Below are positions 25,253-37,200 of a stretch of 64,000 nt of DNA, one piece after another. The DNA is from Gracilinanus agilis. Lineage: Eukaryota. The translations under genes and the position numbers were made by a program. Every line of letters starts with the position of its first letter. Position 1 is the first letter of the stretch. The notes below the pieces were generated by a model. That model had not been told where the DNA came from and ran no database searches. It was given only the letters and a program-made list of their open reading frames with translations. The stretch spans positions 270,023,441 through 270,087,440 of the forward strand of contig NC_058131.1 of the NCBI RefSeq assembly GCF_016433145.1, in the 5' to 3' direction.

Positions 25253-28200
25253 ATGGCGTACCCGACCCTTTGGTTTCTGCTCTTCGGAATTATCCTCAGT
25301 GGGGTCCTATGCAGTGCTACTGCCATCCAGCCAGGTGAGAAGCCCTGCTCTTCAGTCCCCCAAACTCCCGTACTCTCTGCTCCCCCAACTTTGGGCTCCA
25401 CTGTCTTTATTATATAGCACTTTTTGGTCCCCACAACTGGGTAATACCAGCCCCGCTACGGCAATACAGCAGGGGAACCTGGTAATGCACAAGGTTTTAT
25501 CCAGCCTTGTCCTATTTTCTAATGCCGCCAAATCCCCCATCTCACTACCACCACTAGCCCCTTCCTCCATTTTGTAACACTACCAAACTCTCCGGACCAC
25601 TCTGTCCCTTTCTACTCCGTGGTAATATCAAGGTCTCTCTGCTGCTTAATACCGCGAGACCCTCCCTCACACTACTAGTACTTGCCCGCCATCTGGTTTA
25701 GGGGTGGCGGGAGAGACCCTCTCTCCTCGCTAATACCCCTCCCCCCAGCTATCTGGTAACATCTAGAGACCCTCCTTCCCGCTAAAAGGACCCTTCCATA
25801 TGCTAATACCTTGAGACCCTCCTTCCCGCTAAAAAAACGCCATACCACCCCCACCCCCAATCCCCTACCCCGCCACGTCCATCTGCTAAAACTATTGAGA
25901 TTCTTATTCTCTGGCTATACTGCTTCCTCCCATCTGCTAAATCCTTCCTGTTAAAACACTATGCGAGCCCCTCTCTAAAATGGGTTTTTCCATCTGCTAA
26001 TGCCATGAGACCCCCCCCTTCCCTCTAATGCCACGAGACCTTTCCTTCCCACTGATGAGACCGTGAGACATCCCCCCCTTGCGTTAAAATGGGTCTTTCC
26101 ATCTTCTAACGCCATAAGACCCACCCCCACCTCTTTTCATTTACGCGGCTAACCAATGCGACTTACCCCCATTTGCGACTTACCCCCAATATCGCGGTGG
26201 AACTCTCCCCGCAGAAACTAGTTTTGGGGGCTAACCAGGAGACCTCCCTTTCCCTGTAATACCATATGACCTGGTAGTATCACGGGTTCCGCCATTTACT
26301 AAACCTGAAGACACCCCCTACCCCACCCCCGACACACACCTTTATGGGAGACCCTCTACTTCCCACCAATATCCAGAATCTTTCCAAATACTAACAACAC
26401 GAGGTGCCCCCCCTTCCCTGTAGCGCCATTAGACCCGCCAATTCAGAGAGTCTCTATCCACTAACATCTTTTGAGACTTCCCATTCCTAGAACACCACGA
26501 GCACACCTAGAACCCCCCCAACACCAAACCCTAATAAATAAAGTATTCCTCCTCCTTCTAAGGCAGTGAACGCCATGAGACCCTCCTTCCCACGCCATTA
26601 GACCCCTCCCCTTCCCACTAACGCCATTAAGACCCTGAATGTCCTTCCTTCTACTAAAGACACGAGGAACCCCCCCCCTCAACGCCATGAATCCCTCCTT
26701 CCCGCTAAAATGGGTCCTTCCATTTGCTTATGCCCTGAGATGCTTTTTCCTTGGTAAATACCATATCCTCCCTACATCTGCTAAACCCTTGAGACCCTTT
26801 TCCGCTTATACGAAGGTAGCACGTAGTCATAAGTCGCCGTACTCTGATACCTTCCGAACCATTAATATACCAGTAGTCCCTCCATTTGCTACCCGTCCTG
26901 CCCACTGATGTGGGCACTCCTCTATCTGCCTAACTCGGGAAGACCCTCCTTCCCACAAATATTAATCTCTCTCTGCTCCGCGAGACTCTTTATTTTTGTT
27001 AATAGTACACCTCTTGTACAGATAACGCTGTAAAATCTTCCTTCCCAATAATACTTTTCATCTTTCCATAGGCTATGATGATGAGACAGTCCGATTATCT
27101 ATAGTGGCCTTTCATCCTGGCCTAAAATTGCGATATCTTCATTTAATAATGCCTGGAGACTCTCCTGCCTCTAATCCTCTTTCCTTTCTTGTGGTTCCTC
27201 TACTTATCTCGTAAAATTGCCGTAGGGAACATACGTTTCTTTATTCTAGGAAGTCTTTCCACTAAGGTGGACTCCTTTTTATATGGAAATAAAAGTTGAG
27301 ACCCTCAGTACAGTAAAAGGGGGAGGGGAGAGGCTTGGTGGGTTTGAGGAGTGGGGTAGGGATGGATGATAAACATCCCCCGGTTAATACAGTGAGACCC
27401 TCCCCCCTGCAGTACCGCACCCCTCTGCCCCTGCAGTACCACACCCCTCAGTCTTATAATACCTCTATCTTCCATCCCTCTATCCTGCAGTACTCCATCC
27501 CTTCCTTGTAATACCGCCCCCTACATCCCTGCAATACCCCGCCCTCCGCCCCTATAATAAGGCACCCCAGTCTGCAATACCCCGCCTCTTAGTCCCCGCA
27601 GTACCACGCCCCTTCATCCCTGCAGTACTGACCTCCTCCCCCTTTGTACACTCCCCACCTTCAGGATTCTCTATGGGTTCTTTACCCACCTCCCCTTTTC
27701 TACCAATACTTTCTCCCTCCGTGGACCAGCACCTAATTTATAACCGACCTCCTCTAGATAGATAATGGCATTACCAGCCACTTATCTCGACTCAAACCGC
27801 CAATGCCAATATTGATACATCAACAGCCTATTTCCTTGGATAGCTTCTTTCGACGGGCTCCCAAAATCTTATATTCTCTCAGCCTTCATTTTCTGGAAAT
27901 AGTTAACTCTCCTTATTCTCTCCTCTGGATATAGTCTATGTATACCAGCCATTACCTATGCCAACTTCCTTCGTTCTCCAGATACATTCTCTTAACTCCA
28001 CTATTCTACGAGTGCTTAGTTGGTCTACTTTTCCCCCCCCGCACTGATTTGTAAAACAAATTCTTCCGCCTTCCAAATAAGTTTCACTATACCCTGATCG
28101 GGACCTCAGCTTCAGAGCAGGGTATTCCTGTGGTGGTGGTGAGACTCGGGGCAGTGGGTTATAAAAGGAACTTCAGAATAAGCAAACAGTCAGTAACCTC

Positions 28201-31200
28201 CAGATTTTGGAGGAAATCTTCAACTTCTAATCTCCAGTTCGGGATAAGAAGCCGTCTTCAAAAGCTCTAGTTCTAGATAATGACTCTTCCTATTACTGTC
28301 TTAAAGGATGCTCTCATCTGAAAAAGGAGGAGCCCAGAATATAGTTGTGTCATAATTGTACCTCAGTGTAATTTACTTATACCTTAGCATATGACACCTG
28401 TAATATGTAACACATAAAATATGTATTACAGCTATTTGTGCATAAATTTTATCTTTATCAGATGATAACATTAGACATTAACAAAGTACTTATTTGCTTA
28501 GCACTGTGCTATTTCACCAGAATACAAAGACAAAAATGAATAGTTCTTGCCCTCAAGGGCTTATTGGGGGACATGTACAAATATTTTGTTGCTTTTGTTT
28601 AATTGCTTCAGACTCTTCATGAACCCATTTGGGGTTTTCTTGGCAAAGATACTGAGGTGGTTTGCCATTTCCTTCTCCAGCTCATTTTACAAATGAGGAA
28701 ATTGAGGCAAACAGGGGTAAGTGACTTCCCCAGGGACACACCAGCTAGTAGGTATCTGAGGTTGTATTTGAATTTGAATCTTCTTGACTCTAAGCCAGAA
28801 CTCTTATCCCCTTTGCCAACTAGCTACCCCATGTACAAATAGAAACATATACCAGAAAAAAAAAAAGAAGGTATTTTGGTGGGACATCATCCAGGAAGAT
28901 CCTCCTGTAAGAGAAAGGCAGATGAGGATAGAGGGAATTCTAAGAATGGGGGAACAACTTGTACAAAGGCACAGAGATGTGCTAGGAATGGCAAGAAAAC
29001 CAGTTTAGCAGGCCTTAGCACATGTGAAGGGGAGTGATGTATGATAAAGCTAGAAAGCTTTGAGGGTCATTTTACACATAATTTTAAAAGCACTTTTGTT
29101 ACCACAGCCCTGAGAGATACTTCAAGTAATTTAGCCCTACTTAACTAATAAGGAACTCTAGGCTCAGAAATGAAGTGCCCACGGTCATATCAAGTTCACT
29201 GTGTTTTCTTTACATTCTACTATACTGCCCTGCTGCATCTTGAGGATGGAGTTTCTCTGATGGTAAGTACAGACTAGGCACACAAGTGCATTGATTGAGT
29301 GAATGAATGAATGGATAAATGCATATATTCATTGCCTCTGATCCAGAAGGGTTTTGTAGGTGCAGAACACCTACTTGTATATTTTCATCATCATCAGGAC
29401 TCTTAAGGAGAAAACTGAATCACATTTTGGCCTTTAGGCCATTTCTAGCTGCCTTTGCACAAATTCTATCTTTCATTCTTGGTGATCTTTCTTCCTCTTC
29501 ATCTCTGCCTAGACCCACTGAGTTTCCCCACCAAGAAGCATATTGCCTAGTATAGATGGCATCTTTCTCGGTCTTCACTAGTTATGGGGATATGAGAGTC
29601 TTTGTCTCTATTAATCATTGGCTCATATAATTTAGAATTAGAAAGACCCTTAGAGGTCATCTTGTCCAACTCTCATTTTGTGGATTGAGGAAACAGATCC
29701 AGAGAATAATTTGCCCAAAGTCACGCACATCTATCAGAATCAGAATTCCAACCTAATGCAGTTATAATAAACTATTATATTAAATTATATTAAAGATTAC
29801 TTGAAGAACCTCATCTCCCATGTGCAGATAGATGGTGGAGTAGATAGAGAAGTGAACTTGCACTCTGGAAAGATCCTAGTTTGAATTCTGATTAGTAATT
29901 GTGTGACCGTGAGCTCAGCCTTGGTTTCCTCTTTTATATAAAGGGGATGACACCTATCTCCCAAGGATCAGATGAAATAATGTAATGAGCTTTGTAAATC
30001 TTTGAGTACTCATCTACATATGATGAAGATGGGAAACTGAGGCCCTGGGCAGGGGAATAACCCTTTCTTTTCCTGGTGGCTTTTCAAGAAGAATCTAGGA
30101 CTTGTAGCTTACAATTTCTTCACCAAAAACAGCTTAATTAGAGTGAGTTTGTCACTACTGACCTAGCTCAGAGGATTGTTAGGCAGAAGAATCTTCTGGA
30201 TCTACACCAGGGGATAAGAAAAGGAAGAAACACTTGTTGAACTGATACTCTTAGGAACAAAGAGCATTAGAATGGAAGGGTCAAGGAGTCCAATCTTCTC
30301 ACTTAAGAGGTTACATAATAGACTCAGAGAAGTGATTTATCCAAGGTCATATGGGTAAAGCTACCATTTATATAACGTTTTGAAGTGGATTAAAAAAGAA
30401 ATCTTCCAAAACCAATATCCTTTCTAATTACCACAAGCTGGTTCTTGAGAGAAAATTGGTTCTGTCTAGTTGACACCAAACTGGAGCCGATTTTAGAATT
30501 GTGGGGTGGACTGTGATATTATAGAACCTGGCTGCCAAAGGGAAGGAAGCTGTACCATGGAAGAACCTTCACCTGCTAGAGTAAAAGGGAAAGAGTATTG
30601 GGATTTTGAGGAGCATGATATCTCAGAAGATAAGGGGGGGGGGTCAGCTGGGTAGCTCAGTGGATTGAGAGCCAGGCCTAGAGACGGGAGGTCCTAGGTT
30701 CAAATCTAACCTCTCCACTGTAGAAAACAAGACACTCCAAGATGGAAGGTAAGGGTTTAAAAAAAAAAAAAGATAAGGGATATAGAATCTAGAAAGCAGC
30801 TGGTTTCTCATGGTTGCCATGACAGTAACAGCTAATTGTTAGCATTTACATTTTTTTTTTCTAAATTTTTGGCTCAGGACTAAGCGTGGTGAATGGTCAA
30901 GTGGCCATGTTTTGGCCAAATCCTGGGGAATTTGGTAAGTTGCCTGTCATTCTCTCTTTTTTTTTTTAACCTTTACCTTCCATATTAGAATTAATACTGT
31001 ATATTGGTTCCAAGGCAGAAGAGTGGTAAGGGCTAGCTAATGGGGGTCAAGTGACTTGCCCAGGGTCACCCGGCTAGGAAGTGTCTGAGGCCAGATTTGA
31101 ACCCAGGACCTCCCATCTCTAGGCCTGGCTCTCAATCCGCTGAGCACCCAGCTGCCCCTATCCTGTCATTCTTGCTAGGGAAATGAGAGGATGTTCTATC

Positions 31201-34200
31201 CGTGCCTTCAATAGTATCTACACTCTTTAAGACATACCTTCAACTCCTCTCTAGGGTGTAGAAGGATGAGGACAGTAACTAGATCCAGGTTTGGGGAGGC
31301 TTCTACCTCTTCTTTTTCCCTATCTCTAGGGCTGTCCTGACCCTAGAATAATTATATGGAGAATTGCCCCTGCCCTGTTCATGTTACCCCCTTACAATAA
31401 GAGATTTCTCAGTATCTAGCCTGATATTTCCTTTGAGGTAGGGAGAGGGTGTTATGGAGGGAAAAGATGTAGGACGCAGGAAATGGCCAAATGTTCTCCT
31501 CTTTCACTTAGAAATTGCTTTTCTCCCAGAAGTCTCCAATTCCATCATTGCTACTCTGACGCTTTGGGATTTTCTTGGCACCCCAAATTCAAGAGCAGCA
31601 TGGAGTGATCATCTAACTCTGTCTTTACCCTCCTTTCCTGCCTGCCTCCTGATTGGCGTCACCTCTGCTCTGAGTTCCTCCCATTCTGTCAACAATGCTT
31701 GGCAGTCAGTTATTGCTTTCCGAGTCTCTGTGGGAGAGATCCCTGAGGGCCTCCTGAATTTGCAGCTGGTGCCAGGTTGTGAATCTTATAATAATAGTAA
31801 CAACAACAAATAGCTGTCATTTCTATAATACTCTTCAGGTTTGCAAAAGGCTTGCCTTAGAACAATCCAGTCTGGTAGATCTGCCTTTCTTACCCAAGTA
31901 ACATTGCCTCCATGTTGCAGATGAGAAAATCAGAGCTGTGAAAGGTCAAAAAAAATTTGTCCATGACTGCACAACTTGTTAAGAGTTAGAGATGAGACCT
32001 GAATCCAAATCTTCTACCTCTTAAGTACAGTGTTCTTTTTTTACTATGGAAAGATGAGGTGGATTAGATTTAAAGAAGGGTAGGAGGGGCAGCTGGGTAG
32101 CTCAGTGGATTGAGAGTCTGGGCTAGAGACAGGAGGTCCTAGGTTCAAATCCAGACTCAGACACTTCCTAGCTGTGTGACCCTGGGCAAGTCACTTGACC
32201 CCCATTGCCCATCCTTACCACTCTTCCACCAAGGAGCCAATACACAGAAGTTAAGGGTTAAAAAAAAAATAAGGAGGGGTGGGAGTTAACTAAGTTTGCA
32301 TTGTTGTACATTTTTTTTAGTTGTATCTTGACTGTTTGGAACCCCATTTGGGATCTTCTTGGGAAAGACACCAGAGTAGTTTGCCATTTCCTTCTCTAAT
32401 TCATTTTACAGATGAGGAAACTGAGGCAAACAGTTAAGTGACTTGCCTAGGGTCATATAGCCAATTAGTGTCTGAGAATGTATTTGAACTGAGTGAGATA
32501 AGTCTTCCTGATTCCAGGCCTAGCACCCTATTTACTGTGTCACCTACCTGCCCTTTCTACATTACCATCAAAAGTTAAAAAGGGAGTGGGGGAGGGGAGG
32601 TCTTGAAGATCACTTAGTCCAACCTCTTCTTGAAATCTTGAATAGATTAGGAGACCTTGGCCCAGAGTCCGGAAATGACTTGCCCAAGGTCATTGGGAGA
32701 CCTAATGATGGATATTTACTGACCTGTCAGCCTCTTCCTCTTGTTTATGTTCCTGAATCTGAGTTTTTTTGTTTTTTTTTAGAAAGTTCTAGAAACTGTT
32801 AAAGTCAATAAGCATCTATTATCTGCTGGGCACAGTGCTAAGTGCAAGAGATACTAGAAGGAGACTGTAGCAGAAAGGCAAAGAACAGTTCTTGTCTTCA
32901 ATTCAAGGAGTTCACAATCTAATGCTGGGGAGATGATCTAGAAACCACTGTAGAAAACAAGATGTAGACAAGATAATTGGAGAGAATCTGAGAGGGAAGA
33001 CACTAGCATCTAGGGGAAACTAAATGCTTCTTTTAGATGGTGGGATTTTTACTGGGCCTTGAAGGAAATCAGAGAAGTTAGAAGGTGGAGGTGAACTGGG
33101 CAAGAGTTAGTTCCAGACATGGAATAATGTCTCATAATGTTGCATGCCCGTGACCATCCATTTCCCATCTTTGAGCCTTTTAAATTGTCTACCTCTGATG
33201 TCTAAAATGCACTCTCCTAACCTTTCAATCTATTTAAATCTAGTTTCAGTCAAGTCTCAGCTAAACCTCCATCTTCCACACTGGTGGTGCAGTGGATAGA
33301 ACATCTGGCCTGGAGTTAGGGAGTCTTAAGATCAAATCTGACCTCAGACACTTAATAATAATAACTGCGTGACCCTGGGCAAATCATTTAACTCCTGTTT
33401 GCCTCAGTTCCTTATCTGTAAAATGAACTAGAGAAGGAGATGGCAAACCATTCCATTCCAATATATCTGCCAAGAAGACCCCAAAGGGGGTCACAAAGAG
33501 TTGAACATGAAATGACTGAACAATAACAACAAATTCCACCGTAAGCATTTCCTAATCCTCTTCAACTCCTTTCCTCCCTATACAAACTACCTTGTTTTTT
33601 GTATACATCCTCTTTACAAATATTCTTCTTGTCTCTTGATAGTATGTAAGCTCCTAGAGCAGGGGTCAGCAACGTATGGCTCTCGAGCCATATCTGGCTC
33701 TTTTGAGGGCCAGATGTGGCTCTTTCTGCAGGAGCCATAAAGTCAATTTTTTTTTCAGGCGCTGTTACAGGAGCGCACTGTGAGCACTGTACGGCTCTCA
33801 CGAAATTACATTTTAAAAAATTTATGGCTCTCCCGGCCAAAAAGGTTGCCAACCCCTGTCCTAGAGGCTGGGAGTGTTGAACTCTTTTCCTTGTTCCTCC
33901 AAGGTCTGGCATGATATGGGGCTTATTGATTGGAAGTCAATAAATGCTTGTTGATTAATCAATTCTAGTTCCCTATTTGGGCAATTGAATTGATGTGATC
34001 GAGAGCTGAAAATTTTAGGAAGACTTGATCTTTCTCTATGGCCCTCAGGGGATGGAAGGTATTTACTGTTTGGAAGAGGCCATACTCTTTGACTAGGAAG
34101 GAACTAAGAAACACAGTGGGATAGAAGAAGATGGAGGAGAAATTGTGCCCATTGGGAGGTGTGGTGGAGGATTAGATAGAGGAAGTGAATATTTTGAAAA

Positions 34201-37200
34201 AAAGCACCTTTTTTTTTTATAGTCAGAAGATTTTGATACAAGTCCTGGCCTTAATTAGTTGTGAGACTGTTACATAAGCAGGTTACTCAACCTCCTTCAA
34301 ATCTCAGTTTCCTCAATTGCTAAATGAGGATAATAATACTGAAACCTCCCACTTCACAGGATTGTGAGAAGATGACTTTGTGGACCTTAAAATGACATAA
34401 GCATTCGCTTCTGTGATTGCCTAGTTTTATCCTGCCTGATCTCTAGTAGGAGAATATCATCATTTAAGAAAGGCTGCTTTTCACTTAGATCTATCTATAG
34501 GGAGCCCTTGTAACAACATTCATCGGAGAATTTTTTAACTAGAAAGTCCTTCTCGTTTAGCCCCATTTCTACAGCGTGCCCGAGGTCACACACGTAGCAA
34601 TTATCAGCCAGAATTCAGCCTCCAGTCTTCTCAACCTAGATCCGGTGTTTTTCCTATGATGCTGCTCTTTCCTCGTCCTATGCAGGTTATCCTAGGACCA
34701 GCTGTGCATGGGTGTGTGTGATGTGGGGACGTGTTCACTTCCTATGTTTTATTCCTTCATTACTAAATTATGCAGAATGTAGATTTTCCAGATCCTTATT
34801 TTACCTTCTCCCCATCTTGTGGTCACAGGTAATTCTTCCTTCTCACCCAGAATGGAAGGATAGAATGGTATGAATAATACAGAGTAGCCGGTAATCCAGC
34901 GTTCTTCTATGTGCTAGCTCTCTGTCCTCTTTCCCTCACTCTGGGACAAACACACTGATGTCAGGTGATCAGATGGTGCCTTGAACTGAACCTACTGGTC
35001 TCTGGCTTAATTTTTAACCAGCCTGAACTAACCTGGATGGGGAGAGGAAGGAAGAGGAGGGGAACTTGTACCTGTGGGAAGTAGCCACCTGGGGACACTG
35101 GAGCTTGCCGACCCAGGATTGCCCAGCTCTAGGCAGCTTGCTGACTTGAGATGTTGTCAATACCTTAGGGAACACTCTGTCTTGGCCTGGATTAAATCAA
35201 ATGAGATGGTGTATGTAAAATGCATTTTTAAACCTTAAAGTTCCATAAGAATGAATTTTTTTAGGCTCTCTTATGGGTGTTATAGGGGATTGGGGCTCAG
35301 AAAAGAGGGACTATAGAAATTGCCCTCTGAAGTCAAATCAACAAACGTTAAGTGCCTTCTATGTTCCTAGTAATAAATAAAGGCCAAAGACAGTCTTTGC
35401 CTTCAAGGGGCTCACATTCTAATGGAGGAGACAACATGCAAACAAAAGGATCGGTTCCAGATACATCTCAGAAGGAAGACAACTAACATTGAGAGGGATT
35501 GGGAATGGTTTCTTGCAGAAGTTGGGGTTTTAGCTGCAACTTGAAGAAAAGCCAGAAGACAGACCAGAAGGGAGAACATACAGGCGTAGGAAATAGCCAG
35601 TGAAAATGTATAGAGATGGAATATCTTATTAGAAGCATAGCAAGGAAGCCGTTGTTGCTGGACCAGAGAGTACATGGAGGAATTGTTCAGGCATGTCCAA
35701 CTCTGTTATTCTTGGGCAGTGATTCCCAAAGTGGGCACCATCGCCCTCTGGTGGGTGCTGCAGTGACTCAGGGGGGTGGCGATGGCCACAGGTGCATTTA
35801 TCTTTCCTATTAATTGCTATTAAAATTTTTTAAAATTAATTTCTAGGGGCTAAGTAATATTTTTTCTGTAAAGGGGGTGGTAGGCCAAAAAAGTTTGGGA
35901 ACCTCTGCTCTTGGGGATTTTCTTTTCTTTTTTTTTTTTTAATTTTTTAAATTTTAAACCCTTACCTTCCATCTTAGAATCAATACTGTATACTGGTTCC
36001 AAGGCAGAAGAGCGGTAAGGGCTAGGCAATGCAGGTTAATGACTTGCCCAGGGTCACACAGCTAGGAAGTGTCTGAGGCCATATTTAAACCCAGGACCTC
36101 CCCTCTCTAGGTCTGGTTCTCAATCCACTGAGCCACCCAGCTGCCATACTGGAGTGATTAGCTATTTCCTTCTCCAGCTCATTTTACAGATGAGGAAACT
36201 GAGGCAAACAGTTAAATGATTTGTCCAGGGTCACACAGCTAGGAAGTATCTGAGGCCAGATTTGAACTCAAGATGAATCTTCTGACTTCAGGCCACTGTG
36301 TCACCTAGGTGCCCTACATGGAGGAAAGTAAGCTACAAAAGCCAAACAAAATATTTTACATTTGATCCTGTGGGTCATGGGGAAGCCCCCCACCAGGAGT
36401 TTGTTGAATTGGAGTATAGGTTGATGTGGTCAGACTTTCACTCTAGGAAAGCCAATTTGGTAGTTGACTGGATGATAGATTATAATGGGGAAAAGATTTG
36501 ATGTGAGGGAGACAACCAGAGAGCTATTACAATAGATTAATAGTAGATTATATCTAAGTTCATTGAAGAAAACAAATAGTGATCCTTCTGTAGGGTCTGG
36601 AGTGGCCTAGTGCTAGGTAAAGATGGCAGTGTGGGAATCTTTCTTTGCTGTCAGCTAGTTGGGTAGTTGGGTGTCACTGGGTCTGAATATTGAAGCAAAG
36701 GCCTGTCATTTTCCCCAGGTGTATCGCAGAGAACATTCTTATTTGCGTATATATGGATTGGATGAGGTGAACTTCTGGTCCCTTCCAGCTCTGAGATTCT
36801 GTAATTCTGTCCTTGCCCTATTTCTGCTTCTTGGTTGTGATGCATGAGTGCTCTCCTGTGCCAGGTGCCTTGGACCCTTTCTGCCAGGAGGGGAGGCAGG
36901 TTTCACTTTCCCCAGTGACTTATGATTGGGAATAGAAATAGAGAATTCAGGCCATTCACCTTCCAGGAGCTGTTTGGGGTAGATGAAATTTTTTCTTGGC
37001 TTCCAGTTCCCTCTCGTGTACCTCCTCCACCTTCACACCAATCATCTCCATGTCTTTCTTATTTTCTTCAGAAGTGAGCCTGAGCAGTCATCTTTTACCT
37101 AGGGCCATATGTACCTTGTGTTGGCAATCGCTCTGGTTATGGCTTTTCTTTAGTGTCAGGTCTTCCTTGCTGACCTCAGCAGCGTCTTCTGGTCTGGGCG

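Noticed and set aside
25600-27650. CRISPR-like reading of the repeat arrays
   Set aside because: Mammalian DNA, degenerate units without constant repeat and unique spacer structure, and no cas genes.
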